Under the pieces are notes generated by a model. It ran no database searches. It worked only from the letters and a program-made list of their open reading frames with translations, and was not told where the DNA came from. The translations under genes were made by a program, and so were the position numbers. DNA of 64,000 nt. Source: a virus. Its lineage: Duplodnaviria; Caudoviricetes. The stretch spans positions 13,224 through 77,223 of the IMG/VR virus record IMGVR_UViG_3300006226_000018; one strand, written 5' to 3'. The stretch's first letter is position 1; each line of letters starts with the position of its first letter. Below are positions 56,856-64,000 of the stretch, in pieces.

Positions 56856-57512
56856 ATGACACCGCCGGAATTATATCGGCCCCGATTTGTCGGTGAGGAC
56901 CTCACCGATTCTACCAACTATATAGATGTGATCGCGGCTGAACGTATCGTGGTAAGTAGATTCTGCGCCATTGATTCCAATGGCGAAGCTGTCTATGCAA
57001 CACGCGACGGTAAAAAAGCAGCAGGCATATCTGTCACTGAGGCCGAAACTGGAGAAGCAATTCGCTTACAAGTTTTCGGCCTTTACAACAATTTCTTAAA
57101 CAGCTACCCACCGCAATACGGAGATATTTATTACCAAGCAGACTTTGGTTTAGTAATACCAAACCCCCATGCTGACCTTGACGTTTCCATACCTGCTGGT
57201 ATATTAGTAAAACCCGCCACATTACTATTACTTACAGACACCCAATGGTTGGATTACTCCGGTTCGACACCACTTACACCAGCACAGGCAGCAACTACGA
57301 AATCCTTTGTTATGACAGGTGACGGTGCGCAAACGATATGGTATATTAATCATGAGTTAAGTAACCATTGGCCAGTTGTGCAGGTGTATGACAAGGACAC
57401 ACGCGAAATTATTTTAATACACACGGAGTCTATTGATAATGAAAATATAAAAATCGAATCGGACTCTCCCTTGGCGCTAAACAGCGAGTACATCGTAACT
57501 ATCATCGGATAA
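56856..57512 (+). CDS. Putative capsid cement/fibre-type protein
   Basis: N-terminal A.E.I...RF.....G......G...AGIS...AETGE pattern; C-terminal WYINHEL module. Confidence 0.55.
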   Translation: MTPPELYRPRFVGEDLTDSTNYIDVIAAERIVVSRFCAIDSNGEAVYATRDGKKAAGISVTEAETGEAIRLQVFGLYNNFLNSYPPQYGDIYYQADFGLVIPNPHADLDVSIPAGILVKPATLLLLTDTQWLDYSGSTPLTPAQAATTKSFVMTGDGAQTIWYINHELSNHWPVVQVYDKDTREIILIHTESIDNENIKIESDSPLALNSEYIVTIIG

Positions 57513-57559
57513 ACAAAACGGGTGTAAAAGATTGAGGACGCAACCAATCTTTTAAAGAG

Positions 57560-59800
57560 GTGAACGATATGAGAGGAATGAAGGCACTAAGTCGTATTAC
57601 CATGCAGCCGGGATATATCCCGCGAATTGGTAAAGATGTAGCAACTCAGGACACCAGCACCCGATTCCACACCGGCACAGGTGAACCAACCACAATACCA
57701 GCCGGTTTTTGCGTCGGCGACCTGTATTTGGACACGGCAACACAGGCTATGTACAAAGTTGTCGTTGATGACACAAGCACTGCTGATCCCAAAGACCTTA
57801 AATGGGAAAGAGCTAACCTGTTCGGCGGCTCTGTCGGTATTCACTCCGGCAGCGGTGATCCGGCAAAAACGCTTGGCAACGGCAAAGACCTGTATTACAA
57901 AACCGATGCGCCGCAGTCGATTTGGGAAAAGAAACTCAATATCGGCGGCGACCCACTCAATCAGGACGATTATGATTGGGTAAAATTCTTTGACATCGCG
58001 GGTGGCGAATGGCTATCCGGCGCAGGTGATCCTACTGCCAGCGACGGCCAGCCCGGAGATAAGTATTTCAAATCCACCGTTCCGCAGACCATTTGGGAGA
58101 AGAAGCTGAAACCTTCCGGCAATGCTTCTGACCCTGCGGATTACGAATGGGAGAAATTCTTCGACATCAAAGGCGGTTCTGATGTATTCTCCGGCGCGGG
58201 AGACCCCGCAAATACGCTGGGCAATCCCAACGACCTGTACTTCAAAGAGGACTTCCCGAAAAACCTCTGGCAGAAAAAGCTGATTAACGGCGGTGATCCC
58301 ACCGACCCGGCAGATTACGCTTGGGAAAAGATATACGACTTTGACAGCGCACCGGCATTTTTCACCGGTATGGATGATCCTAACTCCGTTGATCCTGACG
58401 ATGCAAAGCTCGGAGATATTTACTTCCGCGAACTGTATCCTCAGTCTATCTGGCAGCTCAAGGATGTCGCAGGAACAGCTACGTGGACAAAGATTTATGA
58501 CCTCGTGGCTCCGGCAACGATATTCGACACCGGTGTTCCCAACAATGCGCTGGGTAATCCTGCCGATACGTATATCAGGACTGACCAGCCGAGAGACATT
58601 TATGTCAAAAATCTCATCGACAGCGGCGACCCCAATGACCCTGCCGATTATGAGTGGGAGAAAGTCGGAACATTTGCACCGTCCGAAATAGCTATTGTTA
58701 ATACAACACCAAACAATAGTACGGGCACACCTTTTGATCTGGTCTACCGCGATGTATTCCCACGTGGTATCTGGCAAAAACAGCTCAAAGATGCCGGTGA
58801 CGCTTCCGACCCCGCAGATTACGAGTGGAAAGAAATTGTACCGCTGGAACATGATGATATATTGCTCGGCGCGACGGTTCCCACACAAGCGTTGGGACTA
58901 CCGAACAGCAAATACTATCGCATGGACGGTATCAATTCCGAGATATACGTTAAAAAGCTCGTTGACGCTGGTGATCCTCTGGACCCCGATGATTATCATT
59001 GGGAACTGGTATTCAAGGCAGCCAGCTCTGATATTCTGTCAGGCGAACAGGAACCGGATAACTCCATTGGTAATCCTCGGGATATTTACTTCAAAACCGA
59101 CCTGCCGCAGTCTATATGGCAAAAGCGTCTAAAGGCCGGTGGTGATCCCGACGATGCCAACGACTACGAATGGGTTAAATTCTTTGACTTCATCGTAGGA
59201 TCGGTACGCAGATACGAAGCTATCGGCGACGGCGTAACCACCGAATTTGTCATTGAACATAGCATGGGCACCAAAAATGTTATCGTTCAGGCGTTTGATG
59301 ATGATACCGGCAGCAACGTAATCATCGACATCGAACGTACCGACGAAGATACCGTTACGTTGTTCACTGACCAGCCCATACCGGATGGTATGAGACTTGT
59401 CGCGCTAATCTCCGACACCATGACCAGCACCATTGCGTTGGTGAAGCAGCCGATACAGTTAAACTTCAACGTACCGGGCAGTTTTGCGCTCGCAGCGAGC
59501 AATACCGTCCTTGAGACGAACAAGATAGCGGTTCGCTCTACTCTGCCGCGCTGGGAGCTCCACAAGGTGTACATACGGGCAATCACTCCGGGAGCTGGGC
59601 CGAACGTCAATATATCCATCGGCGGCCAGCAGGTATTCCCGACTGCGGTGAAAGTTACCGGCGCATGGGTACAGTACATTCTGGACCCGGTATTCATTGT
59701 CGAACCCATCTCCGACGTTGAAATCTCCACATCAGCGGACGCGACAGCAAGCGGACTGGCCATAATTCTCTTTGGCATGGCCAGCAACAACATCGAATAA
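57560..59800 (+). CDS. Repeat-containing fibre/appendage protein (9 x ~55 aa)
   Basis: Repeats of SG.GDP...G.P.D.Y......IW.K.L..GDP.DP.DY.W. Confidence 0.75.
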   Translation: MNDMRGMKALSRITMQPGYIPRIGKDVATQDTSTRFHTGTGEPTTIPAGFCVGDLYLDTATQAMYKVVVDDTSTADPKDLKWERANLFGGSVGIHSGSGDPAKTLGNGKDLYYKTDAPQSIWEKKLNIGGDPLNQDDYDWVKFFDIAGGEWLSGAGDPTASDGQPGDKYFKSTVPQTIWEKKLKPSGNASDPADYEWEKFFDIKGGSDVFSGAGDPANTLGNPNDLYFKEDFPKNLWQKKLINGGDPTDPADYAWEKIYDFDSAPAFFTGMDDPNSVDPDDAKLGDIYFRELYPQSIWQLKDVAGTATWTKIYDLVAPATIFDTGVPNNALGNPADTYIRTDQPRDIYVKNLIDSGDPNDPADYEWEKVGTFAPSEIAIVNTTPNNSTGTPFDLVYRDVFPRGIWQKQLKDAGDASDPADYEWKEIVPLEHDDILLGATVPTQALGLPNSKYYRMDGINSEIYVKKLVDAGDPLDPDDYHWELVFKAASSDILSGEQEPDNSIGNPRDIYFKTDLPQSIWQKRLKAGGDPDDANDYEWVKFFDFIVGSVRRYEAIGDGVTTEFVIEHSMGTKNVIVQAFDDDTGSNVIIDIERTDEDTVTLFTDQPIPDGMRLVALISDTMTSTIALVKQPIQLNFNVPGSFALAASNTVLETNKIAVRSTLPRWELHKVYIRAITPGAGPNVNISIGGQQVFPTAVKVTGAWVQYILDPVFIVEPISDVEISTSADATASGLAIILFGMASNNIE

Positions 59801-59804
59801 TCAA

Positions 59805-59827
59805 TAGGGGGGATTTACTCCCCCCTT
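59805..59827 (+). terminator. G/C hairpin
   Basis: AGGGGGG-ATTTACT-CCCCCCT after the stop. Confidence 0.55.
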
Positions 59828-59836
59828 ACTTCTCCC

Positions 59837-60355
59837 ATGTTTATTTGCACAATACGCACAGAGGAACAGTATCTCAAAGACATTCCGGTTTCATGGTCTA
59901 TGCTGACCGCCGCCGCGCCTAATCCTTCTCTCAATTTCGTGGAAGGTAACGCGATAATTCATGGGGGAGGACAATACGACACAAGCAGTTGGTCATTGCA
60001 TCGTGGTTTAACCGGTACGGGCAGCGGATATTGTAGCGTAGCGAATACCACCATCGTAGACCTCGAAATACAATTCCATAATTTTCAGCTTATTAAAGGG
60101 ATTCAATTTACTGTACCGCAAATACAATACCCACCGCATACTGTAGCTGTCTGGTTGATGAATCCACAAAATACCGCATGGAGGAATCCGTGGAACTTCT
60201 CAGTATCCCGGCCTGTTCCATCTACATCATTCGTTTATGCGTATATGTTTAACTCAGAATGTCAGAAGTCAAAATCTATTTGGTTACGACTTACTTGTTC
60301 TCCAGCAACTTATATAGAATTTGCCAATTTCCATTTTTACAGGCGACAGGTATAG
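59837..60355 (+). CDS. Hypothetical beta-sandwich protein
   Basis: 172 aa; no clear SD. Confidence 0.45.
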   Translation: MFICTIRTEEQYLKDIPVSWSMLTAAAPNPSLNFVEGNAIIHGGGQYDTSSWSLHRGLTGTGSGYCSVANTTIVDLEIQFHNFQLIKGIQFTVPQIQYPPHTVAVWLMNPQNTAWRNPWNFSVSRPVPSTSFVYAYMFNSECQKSKSIWLRLTCSPATYIEFANFHFYRRQV

Positions 60356-60363
60356 GGGTGGTA

Positions 60364-60579
60364 ATGATGCAACATATATTATTTAGCCATAAAACAAAAA
60401 ATATCTCTGTGGAAGCAATCGAAGATTTTGAAGATAACGTAACCCCCGAAGTCATCGAAGAATCTTTTCAATTGTGGCTGCAAGAGCAAACAAAATCTGA
60501 AAATAAGTGGACCCCGTTATCGGATGACGATATATACTTCATGCTCAATTCCGGTCCACCTACAGGAGAAGAAGAATAG
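60364..60579 (+). CDS. Small acidic hypothetical protein
   Basis: GGGGTGG SD before MMQHIL. Confidence 0.5.
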   Translation: MMQHILFSHKTKNISVEAIEDFEDNVTPEVIEESFQLWLQEQTKSENKWTPLSDDDIYFMLNSGPPTGEEE

Positions 60580-61719
60580 TTACCCCTTTTTCCTAAATAT
60601 AAAGCGACTCCCATACGAAACATACCCGGCTGATTGTCCCGGTATCGTATGTAAATGAAATCCAAATATTCCCCCTAAATCTCTGCCGCCGATTGTAGCT
60701 CTGGTAACTCCATTACGAGTCCCTAAACTACAAAAATATGTCGAATCTGACCCACTGGCACTATCCGCTGGAATAAACCCGCATTTATTATTTCCAATAA
60801 CATTTTTTATATTTATATTTTGAAAAGTACCCACTGTATGACCTTCATTACTATACCCGGAACCAGAATTATTAAAATCTTTAAAAGCAAGCGCAATATT
60901 ATTACCACTATTAGCTATACACCCATCCATCCAATAATTGTGACCGCCCCACAAATCTTCTATACCAGCGAATTTCATATGTGACACACCCCGCGCACCA
61001 CCAAAATACATACCACGCTCATTAGATTCCCCGGTATCATAAGACACTCCCCATTCAGGTTGATACCCATGCCCCAACGTGGCATAACTATTGAGGTTAC
61101 GATATTTAACACAATACATGGCCTGCAATAAAGTCATAGTATGGAAAGTAAATAAATCATATCCAGCACCCTTATTTTGCGTTCGAGTGCGCGAATCAGC
61201 CCAAGCCAACTGACCTGTTAAGGCTTTACCACTCAAAGAAGCCATTAGTGTTGTACCGACATTACTTGCCATATACGCACCTACATAAATATAAGGACAG
61301 TCGCCATCGGAATCTATAGTATGTCCATAATGACAAAATCTTGAATCAAGAGATTTAATATTGGGATTATTGGAAACCTTTACAAGTAATTTAGTCCCTG
61401 ATGTATAAATCATATATGCCAGCTTAGGAATTTCAATCATCACATCACCATCATTACCCGATGTAATATCAGCAGGCAGACCATTTTCTCGCTGTGCAAA
61501 ATTATTGGGATTCAAATAATATTGAACTACACCATTTTTAAGCATACAGGGCCGCTCACCAAAAGTAGTTGCCTGCCCATTATCGGTAAATACTGGATTA
61601 TTCGGATTAGAATTATTGAGATCAATTTCTATACCCCAAATAGAATTGGGTAACGGAGGCGGCGGTAAAGACGGGGATGGAGGTACAAAGCCACTTAAAA
61701 ATTCTATGTTCACAGGCAT
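60580..61719 (-). CDS. Putative tail-fibre/receptor-binding protein (379 aa), opposite strand to its neighbours
   Basis: AAGGTGGGAG SD before MPVNIEF; RPCMLKNG...GDVMIEIPK...YVGAY...GIEDLWG pattern seen in clostridial phage tail proteins. Confidence 0.65.
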   Translation of the reverse strand: MPVNIEFLSGFVPPSPSLPPPPLPNSIWGIEIDLNNSNPNNPVFTDNGQATTFGERPCMLKNGVVQYYLNPNNFAQRENGLPADITSGNDGDVMIEIPKLAYMIYTSGTKLLVKVSNNPNIKSLDSRFCHYGHTIDSDGDCPYIYVGAYMASNVGTTLMASLSGKALTGQLAWADSRTRTQNKGAGYDLFTFHTMTLLQAMYCVKYRNLNSYATLGHGYQPEWGVSYDTGESNERGMYFGGARGVSHMKFAGIEDLWGGHNYWMDGCIANSGNNIALAFKDFNNSGSGYSNEGHTVGTFQNINIKNVIGNNKCGFIPADSASGSDSTYFCSLGTRNGVTRATIGGRDLGGIFGFHLHTIPGQSAGYVSYGSRFIFRKKG

Positions 61720-61801
61720 AATTGCTCCCACCTTACATATTTTTCTTTTTAAGATATACTCTAACCAGAAACTATTCATACGTAAAAAGGATGAATACAT
61801 C

Positions 61802-63222
61802 ATGCCGGTAAATACAGATTTTCCTTTTGCACCCCCCCCCCCCTTGAGGGGACGGGACCAACAACTCACTCAATCACAGCGGGTTACGCCGCTACTAACT
61901 CCGGCACAACATTATTCTCCGTATCTGGTGGCTTACTACCAATAACAATAACTAAAATCAGTGGCAACGCTTCATTAACTTGGGATACTACAAACAACCG
62001 AATAGCTATTGCAGCAGGATTAGCAGCAGGATCATACCCGGTTGTATTACGCGCAACAGATATTGTTGGACAAACATTAGACAAAACATGGACCTTAACC
62101 GTAAATCCTGCTCTTGCATGGGGTGGGCCAACAACTCACTCAATCACAGCAGGTTATGCCGCAACTAACTCCGGTACAACTCAATTTTCAGTATCCGGTG
62201 GAACAACCCCCGTAACCATCACAAAAGTTAGCGGTAACGCATCTTTAACTTGGGACAATACAAACAGACGCATAAACATCGCAGCAGGCTTGGCAATGGG
62301 CTCCTACCCCGTTGTTTTACGTGCCACCGATGCTACCGGAAGAACACTTGATAGAACATGGACTTTAACTGTCGCCACCGGAACACCTGTTGGAACAGTC
62401 TTTAACTTCGATTATACAGGTGCTGTACAATCCCGAACACTTCCACCGGGTAAATATCAGTTTGAAGTTTGGGGAGCTTCAATGGCACAAGATGGTCGAT
62501 TTAATTTTGCAAAAGGTGGATATGCACGAGGTACGATAACTTTAACTACATCACGCACATTTTATATTTTTGTTGGACAAGTTGGTGCAAGACGAAATAG
62601 TACAGGCAGTTGGAATGGTGGAGGAAATTCAGGACAGCCATACAGTGAGGATGGCGGCGGTGGCACAGATATTAGATTAGTAAATGCAGCATGGAATAAT
62701 GCAAATAGTTTACGTTCACGTATTTTAGTTGCTGGTGCTGCAGGTGGTTTTGGTCAAACAGGTGCTGGACATGGAGGCGGCTTAGAAGGAACAAGAGGTA
62801 ATAATACTTCACTATGGTCTAGTGCTTTAGGCGGCTATGGTGGTACACAAACAGCAGGTGGTGCTGGTAATAGTGGGGGGCAAGCTGGCAGTTTTGGTAT
62901 TGGTGGTGGAACTCCGGGAGCAAGACGTGGTTCTGGAGCTGGTGGATATTACGGTGGTGGGGCAGGTGTTGGAAGTAGTGGGGGAGTAGCTTATCAATGT
63001 GGTGGCGGTGGTTCTGGATTCTGTTCAGGTCATTCAGGATGTCGTGCAGTTACTTCTGAAACGAGTGGAACACATGTATCCCACGCAAATCACTATAGCG
63101 GCTTAATATTTACTGCAACGGCACTAATCGCTGGTAATGCTTCTATGCCTAATCCAAGAGGTTCAGGTAATATAACAGGTAATCCCGGTAATGGATACGC
63201 ACGAATTACATCGGTAGCTTAA
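61802..63222 (+). CDS. Ig-Ig-Gly-rich putative adhesin/receptor-binding protein, out of frame at a C12 tract (about 473 aa if restored)
   Basis: ATG 61802 frame stops at 61945; the -1 frame from 61843 encodes two 90-aa Ig-like repeats continuous with the ORF-track 62290-63222 Gly-rich domain (FDYTG...GKYQFEVWGA...GGGGTDIRL...RILVAG). Confidence 0.8.
61832..61843 (+). repeat. C12 homopolymer tract
   Basis: Codons 11-14 of the adhesin gene. Confidence 0.95.
61858..62376 (+). repeat. 270-bp period internal duplication (two Ig-like domains)
   Basis: CCAACAACTCACTCAATCACAGC identical at 61858 and 62128; protein repeats align throughout. Confidence 0.9.
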
Positions 63223-63236
63223 AAGGAGGAAATAAA

Positions 63237-63587
63237 ATGCGTTATAAAATGTGGGATAAACAAGAGCCAATTTACATGATGGGACCCGATGAAAACGGAA
63301 AAGTCATGTATACCGCCGAAGAATACATCACCACAAAAGCACCGTGGGTAAATATCCCCGGTGTAAAAGTAATCATCAGCGGACTGACCATCAACGGCGT
63401 TATCTTCATGGAATTTGAACAAGCAGTGGCCGGTTACGTTGCACAAGGATTAGTAATTACCGACAACATGACCGACCGGGAGATTCTTGATGCTATTGAA
63501 GCGTTTGAAGATAATCCTCCCGTCAAACCAACGCCGGAAGAACGTATGGCAGCCGCGCTGGAATTTGCCAATTTACTGAACATGTAA
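63237..63587 (+). CDS. Tail-fibre-associated protein
   Basis: AAGGAGG SD; C-terminal PTPEERMAAALEF typical of genes preceding XkdX. Confidence 0.65.
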   Translation: MRYKMWDKQEPIYMMGPDENGKVMYTAEEYITTKAPWVNIPGVKVIISGLTINGVIFMEFEQAVAGYVAQGLVITDNMTDREILDAIEAFEDNPPVKPTPEERMAAALEFANLLNM

Positions 63588-63602
63588 GGAGGTTAAAATG
63601 TC

Positions 63603-63746
63603 ATGACATTTGAAATTATCAAGTCAAATTTTGACAAAGGCTTATGGACCGCACAAATGGTTGCTGTGGCAGTAACCAAGAACATCATCACTCTCGAACA
63701 ATTCAGGGAAATCACCGGCCAAGCCTACTCAGACATAATCAAATAA
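63603..63746 (+). CDS. XkdX family protein (47 aa)
   Basis: MTFEIIKSNFDKGLWT...V.K..IT.EQFREITG; AAGGAGG SD; not in the ORF track. Confidence 0.8.
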   Translation: MTFEIIKSNFDKGLWTAQMVAVAVTKNIITLEQFREITGQAYSDIIK

Positions 63747-63748
63747 CG

Positions 63749-63775
63749 AAAAGCCCCCCAAATAGGGGGGCTATC
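63749..63775. terminator. Hairpin terminator
   Basis: AGCCCCCC-AAATA-GGGGGGCT; A-run on the left gives a T-run on the minus strand. Confidence 0.7.
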
Positions 63776-63866
63776 TTACTTAACATTTCAATTACATACA
63801 CTTCATATGATAAGATAATCGAACTATGAACACTAAACTAAAAAATATTATATTGAAAATACTATT

Positions 63867-64000
63867 ATGCCCATAACCACAGATTGGTGTGTAGCCAACG
63901 GTAATCCACCAACAATTACACCCCCCCCCCCCATCATCTGCCGGAAGGAAACGCTACCCACAACACACGAAAACAACCCTTTCCACTTATTGCTCCCGTC
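63867..64000 (+). CDS. Partial candidate gene MPITTDW...PPPP with a C12 tract at 63921-63932
   Basis: N-terminus resembles the two MPVN genes; runs off the window; weak SD. Confidence 0.35.
   Translation, partial: MPITTDWCVANGNPPTITPPPPIICRKETLPTTHENNPFHLLLP

Larger units (their letters stand above)
1..64000. mobile_element. Tailed dsDNA bacteriophage genome segment (siphovirus-like), probable Bacillota host
   Basis: Complete terL-portal-protease-capsid-neck-tail tube-chaperone-tape measure order; no tail sheath recognised; no host housekeeping genes; no integrase recognised in the window. Confidence 0.95.

Noticed and set aside
59798-59839. Stop-codon readthrough joining the repeat fibre to the 172-aa ORF
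   Set aside because: In frame, but only 12 codons apart across a terminator-like hairpin with a TAA stop; readily due to chance
60570-63240. Invertible (Gin/Cin-like) tail-fibre cassette
   Set aside because: Divergent genes are suggestive, but I found no convincing flanking inverted repeats and no recombinase in the window
57560-64000. Diversity-generating retroelement
   Set aside because: No reverse transcriptase and no adenine-specific template/variable repeat pair seen; the 270-bp duplication differs mostly at synonymous positions
1-64000. tRNA, rRNA, integrase, transposase, DNA polymerase, endolysin
   Set aside because: None recognised by eye; they may lie outside the window or need tRNAscan/HMM searches, so lifestyle cannot be called

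Overview
This window is 64 kb of a large tailed dsDNA phage (Caudoviricetes, siphovirus-type tail). The host is probably Bacillota/Clostridia, inferred from GGAGG Shine-Dalgarno sites and XkdF-, XkdX-, YopX- and PBSX-portal-like genes. The left arm (1-22.5 kb, minus strand) is a packaging/head/neck/tail operon: terL, portal, protease-scaffold, major capsid, neck, major tail protein, a tail chaperone with a -1 frameshift, and a tape measure gene running off the window edge. The right arm (23.8-64 kb, mostly plus strand) holds many small early genes, a class II GATase plus amidoligase pair, DUF932- and DUF1281-like genes, an MT-A70 methyltransferase, an SF2 helicase, HTH regulators, dUTPase, and an Ig/fibre/adhesin module. 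Two regions stand out. (1) At 60.6-64 kb, a Gly-rich/Ig adhesin gene is switched out of frame by a C12 tract. A second gene start carries another C12 tract, and a divergent gene with a related N-terminus has no tract. This looks like a contingency (phase-variable) host-range system, although a homopolymer sequencing error cannot be excluded. (2) At about 21.9-27.4 kb, where the two arms diverge, there is a control hub: back-to-back sigma70-type promoters sharing one -35 box, a candidate sRNA, extreme strand skew with a train of micro membrane peptides, strongly polar CAAGC and TTGCAGG motif clusters, 45-bp duplications, and a bipartite TTTCAAACTT-N18-GGGAGCTACCCGTACCC element present three times. 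All family assignments come from motif recognition by eye, not database searches, and all counts are hand counts.
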